DNA of 64,000 nt from Acetomicrobium hydrogeniformans (GCA_016841745.1 JAENYO010000006.1:53008-117007); one strand, 5' to 3'; shown: positions 11,114 through 20,231, counted from the first letter of the stretch. Notes: generated from the letters alone by a model not told the origin. Made by a program: numbers and translations.

Positions 11114-11362
11114 AAAAAAACCCGCGTGTCTCCTTTGACGGAGACGACGTGGGTTAATGATCGCGGTTCCACTCCATTTCCGGAAAAGAAACAAACGCTT
11201 TCCGGCACTCAATAAGCTGTAAGGGGCTAACCCCGGTCACCTTATCCATTAAGGCTTCGGTACCCGTTCAAGGGTGGTATTCACTTTACATCTCCGAAAA
11301 GGTCTTCCAGCCTTGGACCTCTCTCTCTGTCCAGAGAACAGCAAAGCTACTCTTCCTATCAT
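11114..11362 (-). promoter_or_regulatory. T-box leader (tRNA-Thr-responsive riboswitch) of thrC-thrB-AK-like operon
   Basis: On the minus strand: stem I with an AGAGAGAG/GA motif; specifier context GUGAAU-ACC-A with ACC at 11278..11276; T-box sequence AAAUGGAGUGGAACCGCGA at 11179..11161; terminator hairpin at 11153..11121; and a U7 tract at 11120..11114. Confidence 0.82.
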
Positions 11363-11425
11363 CACGTATATTGATTTAAAGTGAATATATACAGGCAAAT
11401 GACCCGGTTGTCAACTGGAAAAGAG

Positions 11426-12685
11426 TTAATCAGAATAATCTCCACCATCTTTTTTTGAACCAGGGGCTGTGGATTGGGAAAATTCTGAACGCAGATTCAT
11501 TATTTTCCTTTCAGGAGCACTATTGTGGTCATTACGCCTTCCAATAACTTCAAGAACTTTTTCAGCTGAACCTTCCGCTTTAAAGGCTTTGATAAATCTC
11601 TCAGCCCACCACTGAGTTTCTTCCACTATCCTGCTGACGACTTCTTCCTTTTCATTCATGATCATTTCACCCATTGGCAGATTGGCTTTTTTATAATTAC
11701 CATCCTTACGGCTATACCCCTGTCCATCACACCAGGTAACCAGTTTTTGCCATAATTCAGGGGAAATACCCCTGTCATTTTCTTTAATATACGATCCATC
11801 TTCGATGACTGCATTTCCTGTTTCAGGGTCCATTCTGACACCATAGACTATATTCTGAAAAAGGGTAGCTACATTACCCTTTCTTATACCATAGTCCGCA
11901 AACCTGGAAACCTTCTCTATGGCAGTACCGGAAATACCATGTTGGGCTATTGAGACACCATAAGGATCTATAATTTGAGCAATTTCAGCGGTTCTTTGAA
12001 GATCGATGCCTTCATATTCGCCTGAAGAAGCATCATAAGTGCCATGGAGACTGCCGTTGGAGATGGCAAGAAGATCGGGATATATATTCCATGCATTCAG
12101 ACCTCCGATAAAGAAACGGGCTTCTTCTACGGTAGAAAGCTCTCCAGCTCCCTTTATCTCCCCAACCTCCACTTCAAGACCAAGATAAGGAGGAATGTTC
12201 ATTGCTACATCACGGGTGAAACAAAGGTTTTCCCAATCCGGTACATGTGACGCATCTACAGCTACAGAAGTCCATCCGTTTTCAATGATCTTCCGGAGGT
12301 GTGATATGGAAGAAAGAAGGTCAGTCCTGGACTTGATCGCATAATGATCCACATGCAGACCGAATATTGCTCCATGTCCGATCTCTTTTGAATATTTCAC
12401 AGCATATTCGGGAATATTATCAAAGGTTCCCTTACAATACGTAGATTCAGATTTTGCAAGTTCAATATATACCGCAGCATCGAGTTTTCGTGCAGCCTGA
12501 AGAACACCCTTTACTGTAATGGGTGATCTGGCATTAACTGCAAGAATAATCCCGCCAGTCTCCCTGAAAGCCTCCACAATATCTCTGCCGCTCACAAGAC
12601 CGACTTCTTCTTCTCCGTAGACTGCCTGTACATTAAGTGGCCTTTTTTTTAACATTTCAATGTAAGATTTACCATTAACATTCAT
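11426..12685 (-). CDS. Class II fructose/tagatose-bisphosphate aldolase family protein (long form)
   Basis: 419 aa. Contains GLHVDH, EVEVGEIKG and LAISNGSLHGTY, which match the class II aldolase metal and substrate motifs. Confidence 0.78.
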   Translation of the reverse strand: MNVNGKSYIEMLKKRPLNVQAVYGEEEVGLVSGRDIVEAFRETGGIILAVNARSPITVKGVLQAARKLDAAVYIELAKSESTYCKGTFDNIPEYAVKYSKEIGHGAIFGLHVDHYAIKSRTDLLSSISHLRKIIENGWTSVAVDASHVPDWENLCFTRDVAMNIPPYLGLEVEVGEIKGAGELSTVEEARFFIGGLNAWNIYPDLLAISNGSLHGTYDASSGEYEGIDLQRTAEIAQIIDPYGVSIAQHGISGTAIEKVSRFADYGIRKGNVATLFQNIVYGVRMDPETGNAVIEDGSYIKENDRGISPELWQKLVTWCDGQGYSRKDGNYKKANLPMGEMIMNEKEEVVSRIVEETQWWAERFIKAFKAEGSAEKVLEVIGRRNDHNSAPERKIMNLRSEFSQSTAPGSKKDGGDYSD

Positions 12686-12793
12686 TTAGATATCACGCTC
12701 CTTGAAAAAGATTGATCTGATCCTGCAATTAACCTATCATGAAAATGTTTTCCGTCAAGCCCCAAAATTAAGAAAGATTTTTACTCTGGGGGC

Positions 12794-12822
12794 TTGAAGA
12801 ATGGGTAAAGCCATGTTAATAT
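12794..12822 (+). promoter_or_regulatory. Sigma-A type promoter for the tRNA-Gln/tRNA-Glu pair
   Basis: TTGAAG, a 17-nt spacer, then TAATAT, about 35 nt upstream of tRNA-Gln. Confidence 0.5.
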
Positions 12823-12857
12823 ACCCTTCGCTGAATGTAGTAAGAATCTTTACAAAT

Positions 12858-12931
12858 TGGGGTATCGTCTAACGGCAGGACACATGCCTCTGGAGCATGT
12901 AATCGGGGTTCGAATCCCTGTACCCCAGCCA
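12858..12931 (+). tRNA. tRNA-Gln (anticodon CTG)
   Basis: A 74-nt cloverleaf folded by hand. Acceptor stem is TGGGGTA/TACCCCA, anticodon arm is CATGC-CTCTGGA-GCATG, T-loop is TTCGAAT, and the 3' CCA is encoded. Confidence 0.9.
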
Positions 12932-12938
12932 TTTCTAT

Positions 12939-13014
12939 GGCCCCATCGACTAGTGGCCAAGGTCATCACCCTCTCAAGGTGGAGACACGGGTTCGAATCC
13001 CGTTGGGGCTACCA
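12939..13014 (+). tRNA. tRNA-Glu (anticodon CTC)
   Basis: A 76-nt cloverleaf. Acceptor stem is GGCCCCA/TGGGGCT (with a G1-U72 pair), anticodon arm is TCACC-CTCTCAA-GGTGG, T-arm is ACGGG-TTCGAAT-CCCGT, and CCA is encoded. Confidence 0.85.
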
Positions 13015-13025
13015 TAACAACAACT

Positions 13026-13053
13026 AACCTCCTCCGAACAGGGAGGTTTTTTT
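13026..13053 (+). terminator. Rho-independent terminator after the tRNA pair
   Basis: CCTCC-gaaca-GGGAGG hairpin followed by TTTTTTT. Confidence 0.7.
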
Positions 13054-13118
13054 GTTGTTTAAGCAAGGCACATATTCTGCAGAAAATTGACATTTATTCA
13101 TTTTTAAAAGTTTTTGGA

Positions 13119-14045
13119 TTATTCCTTCTTTACAGGCTCAGCATACATGGGGAGGCTTATTTCGAACTCTGCTCCATCCATATTTCTCAAGAGCTCTATT
13201 TCACCACTGTGACCTTCAATTATTCTTTTGGCTATGGAAAGGCCCAGACCATACCCGCTTTTTCCCCATTCACCTCGGACTCTGTGTGAGTCACCCCGCT
13301 GAAAGCTCTCGAATATCTTTCCGGCCGATTCTTCAGTTATTCCAACCCATTATCAGAAACCCTTATCTTGCAGCAACTTTCAGTTTTATATAACAGGATA
13401 TTTATCCTGCCTCCCTGAATAGCATTAAACTTCTCCCGTACATATTTCAGAGAATTATCAAGTATATTGTTTACAGATCTAACCAGGCCTGTAGCTCTTC
13501 CCATAACATATACTTCCTTACTGGATATCACTTTGGATCTCAATTTCTTCGGCAAAAGGATGCCTGGAAATATCTTTTACCAGAGAATTGACCATAGGGC
13601 TCAGATCAACCCTGTCCCAATCTTTCCCCGGAAGCTGACTCTCTATTCTTGAAAGCAGCAATAGATCATCGTCCATCAGTTTTGTCATTCTCTCCTGCTG
13701 CTCAATGATGGTCGAAAGATACTTTGATGCTTCTTCATGTTCCCGCAGTTCATCCAAAAGATATTCTGCGGCGACTCGTATTGTAGTCAGGGGAGTCTGA
13801 AGTTTGTGACTGGCATCTGCAATATCGGTTGACCTATCAATGATAGCCTTGATACCATTCCCACTTCTACCGCCAGAAACGGTGATCTTGCAATCGGAGT
13901 TGGCTTCCATATACTTTTCTGCTGCGGCCTGAGCTATCGGTAGAACGGTTGTTGAACCTTTAATGACCACTTCTCCGGCAAAAGCTATTCCAGAAATTGC
14001 CATAACCATTATTACAACTGCACGAACTGACATTAATTTCTTCAT
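13119..14045 (-). pseudogene. Decayed chimeric gene: PstS-type phosphate-binding N-terminus fused to a histidine-kinase core, with at least 2 frameshifts
   Basis: A signal peptide plus KGSTTVLPIAQAAAEKYMEANSDCKITVSGGRSGNGIKAIIDRSTDIADAS runs directly into the H-box (S)HKLQTPLTTIR. The HATPase_c domain is split across three frames, shifting near 13525 and 13340. The final frame ends GYGLGLSIAKRIIEGHSGEIEL with a stop at 13119. Confidence 0.7.
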
Positions 14046-14614
14046 TGCATGAAAGACCTCCTTTAATTTTGTCTCTTGGGATAGTGTGTAGTTTAAAGGC
14101 CTTATGTAACAATAATATTCCGAAAAAGTAACGGTTGTGTAACAGTTGTTTACAGATCGTGGAATCATAAGTCTGGATAAGATTTTGCTTTAAGGGAATT
14201 ACACTGGAGATAAGAACTACATTGGATAGAACTGCTAACTAAAGAACCACTTATATGACCCCGTAAAGGTTCCCTTTCAGATCTATTGTCCATTATCCTT
14301 ACTATAAAAGGGACTAGTCTAACACCCACCTCCAGGAAAAAGATTTTTGCTTTCTGTTTTATCTTACCCATAAGTTTGAATATACTGGTATGCAATCTAT
14401 CGTAAAAATCTGTTTAAACCTGTTAGAAACAACATGGTAAGGTAGAATTGAATTCCGTTTTTGTTATTTTCAGGGTTATAATTTATTATCAGTTCTATTA
14501 AATCTGATTAAAATTGTCCCGTCACACTATGGATGTAATATCAATCAGATATCTTCAACAAGAACGCATAGAATCTGGTTGACAGATACATTGAGAAGTA
14601 CAGGAGGTATATTT

Positions 14615-15838
14615 ATGCTTACAAAGTCTTTGATTGAAAGAATTTTTTCCGCTGCCAGTATTGAACGATGGAATGATCATCCAAGACCTGTCCAGTTCAG
14701 TGAAATGGCAAAACAGGCCCATAAATTTATCATCGCCTATGTAATCGCGAAATATGAAGAAAAAGAAAATAACACCACTATCGACTGGATAATGCTTATC
14801 GAAGGGGGGATTTTTGAATTCCTTCACCGTGTGGTTGTTACTGATATAAAACCACCGGTTTTTCATAAACTGATGGAAAAAAAGGAACAGAGAGATAAAT
14901 TGAACGAATGGGTTCTTGAAAAACATCTGAAAAAGGATCTCAGCCTTCTTTCGGGAGATATATGTTCCAGATTCTACAGATATCTGTATATCGATGATAC
15001 TGTTATTGAAAAAAAGATACTTAGTGCTGCTCACTATCTCGCAACGAAATGGGAATTTGATTTCATTTACGATTGGAGCAGAAGATTATACGGCATTGAA
15101 AACACCCAAAACGAAATTAACAGTCAGATAAACGAACACAGGGATCTGAAGGCCGTAGAACAGATGCTCGCCAGCAGAGAATTACCAGACAATAAAAAGG
15201 GATTGTACGGTTTTATTGCCATGGTGGGACAATTAAGATTTCAAAAGAGATGGGCACAGACTCCCCGTATCCCCCAGACTTCAGTTCTGGGCCATCTGCT
15301 CTTTGTGGCAGTTCTGTCATATTTCATATCCCTTGATATAGGGGCCTGCAAGAATCGCAGATATAATGATTTTTATGGAGGGCTCTTCCACGATCTACCT
15401 GAAGTACTGACAAGAGATATTATTTCACCAGTTAAAAAATCTGTAGAAGGACTGGATGAACTGATCAAGTCATACGAAAAGGAATTGGTAGAGAATCAGA
15501 TCTTTCCCCTTATCCCTTCTTCATGGCATGAGGAACTCAGGTACTTCATCGAGGATGAATTCTCCAACAAAATATATATAGACGGGAAAAGGATCATATC
15601 AGGAATTTCTGAAGGAGATATGATGAAACTCTATAACGAAGACAAATGGAATCCAATCGATGGTGAAATCATAGAAGCGTGTGATAAACTGGCCGCTTTT
15701 ATTGAAGCATCCACTTCTATCAATATAGGCATTAATTCACCTGCCCTTGAAGAAGGACGGAAAGGACTCTACGCAAGATTCGGAAAATCTGATTTATGCG
15801 GATTCCCCATGGGGAAATTATTCGATTTTTTTAAATAG
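14615..15838 (+). CDS. HD-domain phosphohydrolase with tandem YfbR-like halves
   Basis: The C-terminal half is canonical (RWAQTPRIPQTSVLGHLLFVAVL...GGLFHDLPEVLTRDIISPVK). The N-terminal half is a degenerate copy (ERWNDHPRPVQFSEMAKQAHKF...FLHRVVVTDIKPPV). I prefer the start at MLTKS (14615), which has an AGGAGG RBS. Confidence 0.75.
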   Translation: MLTKSLIERIFSAASIERWNDHPRPVQFSEMAKQAHKFIIAYVIAKYEEKENNTTIDWIMLIEGGIFEFLHRVVVTDIKPPVFHKLMEKKEQRDKLNEWVLEKHLKKDLSLLSGDICSRFYRYLYIDDTVIEKKILSAAHYLATKWEFDFIYDWSRRLYGIENTQNEINSQINEHRDLKAVEQMLASRELPDNKKGLYGFIAMVGQLRFQKRWAQTPRIPQTSVLGHLLFVAVLSYFISLDIGACKNRRYNDFYGGLFHDLPEVLTRDIISPVKKSVEGLDELIKSYEKELVENQIFPLIPSSWHEELRYFIEDEFSNKIYIDGKRIISGISEGDMMKLYNEDKWNPIDGEIIEACDKLAAFIEASTSINIGINSPALEEGRKGLYARFGKSDLCGFPMGKLFDFFK

Positions 15839-15864
15839 GGTTAACTGTTCAGAACTTAAATCTT

Positions 15865-15914
15865 AAAAAACGAACCCGGATTCCAGTTAAACACCGGGCA
15901 CGGGTTCGTTTTTT
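15865..15914. terminator. Bidirectional terminator between the HD gene and speH
   Basis: AAAAAACGAACCCG...CGGGTTCGTTTTTT: a GC stem flanked by an A-tract and a T-tract between convergent genes. Confidence 0.7.
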
Positions 15915-15973
15915 GTTTATACACAATAATAAAGAAAAAGATTACTATAATAAAAAATGTAATTAGATAAAGA

Positions 15974-16396
15974 TCACTGCTGTTTATGGTTGTTCTTTCT
16001 TCGGCGTTCATCCCATGTGATGAAGGAATGATAATATTCTTTATCTCCATCATCATCCAGACCCCTCGTTATCTCCGTGATGTGGGTATGGGTGGATCTG
16101 ACCTGTTCAATCACATATTCAACAGCAACTTCCGGCATACTGTGCTCTCCACATGTGTAAATATCAAGGGCCATGTAGTTTACTTCCGGCCATGTGTGAA
16201 TAGAAAGATGCGATTCGCTGATCACAACAACACCACTAACGCCGTTGGGCGGGAAAGAATGGAAGGAAACAGAACAGATCTGAGTGTTGGCCTTCCGGGC
16301 TGCATCTACCAGGATCTTCTGCATTTCCTGAATATCACCTATTACTTCTGAACAGCCTGAAGCCTCCACTATAAAATGGTAACCCTTGGGTGACAT
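15974..16396 (-). CDS. speH: S-adenosylmethionine decarboxylase proenzyme (pyruvoyl type, SpeH/class 1)
   Basis: Contains VVVISESHLSIHTWPE, which includes the self-cleavage Glu-Ser site, and LDIYTCG. Has a short acidic/basic C-terminal extension. Confidence 0.88.
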   Translation of the reverse strand: MSPKGYHFIVEASGCSEVIGDIQEMQKILVDAARKANTQICSVSFHSFPPNGVSGVVVISESHLSIHTWPEVNYMALDIYTCGEHSMPEVAVEYVIEQVRSTHTHITEITRGLDDDGDKEYYHSFITWDERRRKNNHKQQ

Positions 16397-16472
16397 TTAC
16401 CATCCTCCTTGCCCCAAATATTCATCGTTTAAAATCCAGTTTATATTACACCACGCAACCCAATTCTCCAAG

Positions 16473-16503
16473 AAAAAACCGTCCCTGACTATACTCGGGA
16501 CGG
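16473..16503 (-). terminator. Rho-independent terminator downstream of tRNA-Ala
   Basis: The minus strand reads AACCGTCCC-gagtatagtca-GGGACGGTTTTTT. Confidence 0.7.
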
Positions 16504-16519
16504 TTATATATCTCTGAAA

Positions 16520-16595
<76 letters not shown>

Positions 16596-16702
16596 ACGCG
16601 ATGCGACCCGACAATTATATGGATCATGTCTAATGTTGTCAACACCTGAAAAATATTTGCTTCAGGGAATCTAAAATGAGAAAATAACATAAATTCAAGT
16701 TT

Positions 16703-18487
16703 ATGTTTCGGAGGATCCAGAACATGTCCCTAAGAAACTTCAGAAAATCCCTGTCGACCTTTGTTTTACTTGTTCTTATTATGTTTATATCCAGATCAGC
16801 TACGGCAATAACAAGAGGAAGACTTCTTAAAGAAGTCTTCGATTCTCTTGGAATACCTCCTACCTCTGCCAGTGTCTCTTATTCAGACGTCTCGTCCAAC
16901 CACCCATTTTTCAATTATATAGAAACAGCCAGATCACTTGGAATAGTTTTCCCTGGAGATCGATTCCATCCTGATATGGAGATCACAAGAGCAGAAAGCA
17001 TAATGTTCATTTTTAAATCCATGGGCTGGACCCATGAAGCTCAACTGACTGGACTATTATTGAATCATCCTGTTTCAGAAGACATACCACCCTACATATC
17101 CCCATACCTTATTCTAGGTGAAAAAGTTCAACCACCCGTTCCCGAATATCTACTGAAGAATCCTACTCAGAACCTTCAAGATGATGATCTTACAGCAATT
17201 ATCCAATGGATAAAAAGATGCAGACAGGAAATGATATGGCATATGGAGCTGATCGAACAGGGAATAACCCTTATAATCCATAGGGAGGGAATTGGAACAC
17301 CTCCTGACACATGGTCCGTCCAGATAAATGAATTTGAATACATCATCAAAGCAAGATCTATAGAGAAGACTCTTAATCAACTTGGACTGAGAACATATAT
17401 TACTCATGATGGATGTACCTATGCCCTCTTCCTGGGGCCCTTTGATCACTATGCTAAAGCATGGGAAAATCTCAAGACACTATCCGTCACATATTCAGGA
17501 AACATTGTTCCTACAGGCAAACAATCCAGCAAAGCTCTTTTCTGGGCTGCGATCGTATCAACTCCTTCCAGGGACAAGTTATCTATAATTACAGCACCCC
17601 AAATAGGTGGATACAGACTACCCTTGTCTCATATGGCAAGAAATGCTGAAGCAATTGGAGCTGTAAACGGAGGATATTTTGTAAGCAGATATCCAATTGG
17701 AACACTAGTTGAAAACCACTTTCCCCTTTCTACTTCTTATGGGCAAAGAAGTGCAGTAGCATGGAATTCAAATGGTGACATTAACTTCTCCAGCGGATTT
17801 TTCAGAACCTTTGTAAAACTGAAAGATAGGGAAATCCCGATAACATCAATTAACCACGCACCTGGAATGGATTCCATGGCTCTTTTTACACGACTCTGGG
17901 GAACATTCGCTACATCCATACCTGATGGCGCCATTGAATTGACAGTCAAGAGAGATAAAGTAACCGCCCGAAAACAGTCCTCCATGTCTAATCACTTTCT
18001 GCCAGAAGATGGCTATCTTTTGGTAGCAAGAGGGAATACAAGCCTTCTTCTTGAACAGATAAGTATTAACTCCCCAGTCGGGCTAACGCTCAAGTGGCAT
18101 GATACTTCCATGGGGTCATTTTCAAGTATCATCCAGGGAGGCCCTCTTCTCGTAAAACATGGAAGTATAGTTCTTCACAACGAAGGTTTATCAAAGAGCA
18201 TTTCAGACCTCAGACATCCTCGTACTATCGTTGGATCCAACGGCAATAAGATGTTCTGGATCGTTATTGACGGAAGGAACCCATGGCATAGCAGCGGTCT
18301 TACTCTGGATGAAACAAGAAAGTTTGCAATTAGCCTGGGGCTGAAGGATGCTCTTAACCTTGACGGAGGGGGCTCTTCCGAACTCTGGTGGAAAGACTCT
18401 ATAATCAACTCCATACCTGGGGGGAAAGAAAGAAAACTTCCTTATTGCATAATCTTCGGGAAAGATCAGGATTATAAGATTAATTAA
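16703..18487 (+). CDS. Secreted SLH-domain / SPOR-like / phosphodiester glycosidase (NAGPA-type) protein
   Basis: 594 aa with a signal peptide. It has an SLH-like segment (YSDVSSNHPFFNYIETARSLGIVFPGDRFHPDMEITRAESIMF) and a central SPOR-like segment (YALFLGPFDHYAKAWENLKTL). The C-terminus (HPRTIVGSNGNKMFWIVIDGR...LNLDGGGSSELWW) is typical of the phosphodiester glycosidase family. Confidence 0.62.
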   Translation: MFRRIQNMSLRNFRKSLSTFVLLVLIMFISRSATAITRGRLLKEVFDSLGIPPTSASVSYSDVSSNHPFFNYIETARSLGIVFPGDRFHPDMEITRAESIMFIFKSMGWTHEAQLTGLLLNHPVSEDIPPYISPYLILGEKVQPPVPEYLLKNPTQNLQDDDLTAIIQWIKRCRQEMIWHMELIEQGITLIIHREGIGTPPDTWSVQINEFEYIIKARSIEKTLNQLGLRTYITHDGCTYALFLGPFDHYAKAWENLKTLSVTYSGNIVPTGKQSSKALFWAAIVSTPSRDKLSIITAPQIGGYRLPLSHMARNAEAIGAVNGGYFVSRYPIGTLVENHFPLSTSYGQRSAVAWNSNGDINFSSGFFRTFVKLKDREIPITSINHAPGMDSMALFTRLWGTFATSIPDGAIELTVKRDKVTARKQSSMSNHFLPEDGYLLVARGNTSLLLEQISINSPVGLTLKWHDTSMGSFSSIIQGGPLLVKHGSIVLHNEGLSKSISDLRHPRTIVGSNGNKMFWIVIDGRNPWHSSGLTLDETRKFAISLGLKDALNLDGGGSSELWWKDSIINSIPGGKERKLPYCIIFGKDQDYKIN

Positions 18488-18836
18488 TGATGGCGGTCAG
18501 AGAACAATGGAAAATCGTGACAGAAACGTTTTTAATACCACTTACTGGCAGACCAGGTACCTTGGCAGTTATGTGGCAATGATACAAAATCCCTCAAAAT
18601 ATTTCATGTAAAGTGATGCTTATATCTATGTTAACCACCTTCAGGGTGAACTTCCTGAAATTCTCGATGCAGCCATGCAGCCTCCGAAATACCCTTCAAC
18701 CATGGCGCATCGAGAATGGAAACAACTCTATTATAGAAGAGATAACTAAATTTCTATGAACTGGAAGATCTGAGCTTGAGGAAAAATGTAAAAGGTGCAC
18801 GACCCTTGGCGGGAACAACCAGAAATAATCATCCCA

Positions 18837-19274
18837 TCAAAAGATCTTGACTTCAGTCTCCGGACTGATCCTGTTTATAAAACTTTCTAATTCTTGAGGA
18901 TCTATATGTGTAAATTCAGCATTTATCGCTTTTTTCTTCGTTTTAAAAGATACCTTTACGGATTGAGGACAGCCCTGTGCAAATACCTTTTCAACACTAG
19001 CCCAGGGTATCATGTCCTTACCTGAAGCTCCCCATGCCCTGTAAATTCTCAATACTCCCTCTGAGGAAACAAATATCTGTTTCTGAAAACCTCCGATAAA
19101 AAGACAGCTTATGCCAAATAGTGCATAGGGGAAGGTAAGCTTCATCTGAGCAATATTAACGGTAAAGAAAGTCTTTATACTATAACTAAGCAGAGCAAGA
19201 CCAACGATAATTGTCATTACTCTTCCCCACCTGGGAAAGGGGGTTTCAGATCTAGCCTTAAGAATATCCTGCAT
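18837..19274 (-). CDS. Hypothetical membrane protein
   Basis: 145 aa with two predicted TM helices followed by a small soluble domain. I recognise no motif. Confidence 0.5.
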   Translation of the reverse strand: MQDILKARSETPFPRWGRVMTIIVGLALLSYSIKTFFTVNIAQMKLTFPYALFGISCLFIGGFQKQIFVSSEGVLRIYRAWGASGKDMIPWASVEKVFAQGCPQSVKVSFKTKKKAINAEFTHIDPQELESFINRISPETEVKIF

Positions 19275-19316
19275 ATATATGGCACCTCCAGAGATTGAAC
19301 TGACTTTTAGATTCCA

Positions 19317-20231
19317 TTACAAAAACTCGGGAAAGTATTTATTTCTCAATCTTATAATTTCCTGTTGTAAAGTTTCCATGAAAAGATCCTCAATAACCTT
19401 GTCTCTGGCTTCATCAAACGAAAGTTGCCTTCCATGTTCTTTAGAAATCAACTGAATCAGATGGTATCCGTATTTTGAGGGGTGGGGTCCATAAAAACTT
19501 CCTGGATCTAGGGAAAAGACGGCATCTTCGAGAGAAGCGGGCATATCAGCACTGGTAAACCAACCTAGATTTCCACCATTTGAAGCTGTTGTGAAATCCT
19601 TGCTATACAAATCCGCAAGGCCTTGAAAATCATTACCAACAAGCAATTCAAGTATTATCCTGAAAACCAGTTTTCTCTGATGAACAAGAATGTGCCTTAG
19701 AAAAACACGATCCTTCGTAGTATAATCAACCTGATTCGCAACATGGAATCTCCTTATTGCATCTTCAGAAAAAGATTGTGTATTATAAAGGTCTCGAAGA
19801 TAAAGTTCAGCAAGAACACACGATTTTCTCCATCTCGCGGAAGGAGAAAGACCTTCTATCAGGAGGTCCTTATGGCCGGATTCCCATGCCAGTAACATTA
19901 CATCCAGAATAACTTCATCAGGATTTTCTGAGGGGCTGGAATAGGCTTTACCCAAATATAAGAATTCCCTTATCTGATCCAGGATTTCTGCTTCCCTGAT
20001 AAGGGATAATCCTTCAGCAGAAAGAACAAGACACGGTTCTTTTCCTGCGAAAACCAGTCCCACACTACTTTCAGCCTCTCCAGGCATAAAAAAGACTGAA
20101 AGAACCAGGAAAAAGGTACAAAGAGGAGCCTTTAAACAGGACAATACAGTTCTGCGGCTAAGCAGAAAAGACATCCCATATTGGGGAAAACGCCCTTTCC
20201 GGCAATCGCAAGGTTCTTTATTCAATATCAT
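19317..20231 (-). CDS. Parvulin-type peptidyl-prolyl isomerase (PrsA/SurA-like)
   Basis: PpiC motifs LRHILV, GGNLGWF and YGYHLIQL. The start is uncertain. The ATG at 20231 lies inside the clpC 3' end, and an internal start at MSFLLSRR (20174) would give a signal peptide. Confidence 0.72.
   Translation of the reverse strand: MILNKEPCDCRKGRFPQYGMSFLLSRRTVLSCLKAPLCTFFLVLSVFFMPGEAESSVGLVFAGKEPCLVLSAEGLSLIREAEILDQIREFLYLGKAYSSPSENPDEVILDVMLLAWESGHKDLLIEGLSPSARWRKSCVLAELYLRDLYNTQSFSEDAIRRFHVANQVDYTTKDRVFLRHILVHQRKLVFRIILELLVGNDFQGLADLYSKDFTTASNGGNLGWFTSADMPASLEDAVFSLDPGSFYGPHPSKYGYHLIQLISKEHGRQLSFDEARDKVIEDLFMETLQQEIIRLRNKYFPEFL

Noticed and set aside
10046-11212. The N-terminal extensions of several track ORFs: thrC to 11212, hisS to 42954, tex from 44080, yerC-like to 48738, the XRE gene from 36088 and the HIT gene from 62117.
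   Set aside because: In each case a downstream ATG with a strong Shine-Dalgarno sequence matches the conserved family N-terminus. The extension also runs through leader, terminator or promoter sequence.
14165-14395. A 76-aa minus-strand ORF in the AT-rich gap upstream of the PstS-kinase remnant. I considered it as a possible response-regulator remnant.
   Set aside because: It has no RBS and no receiver-domain or HTH motifs, and its composition is typical of random AT-rich sequence.
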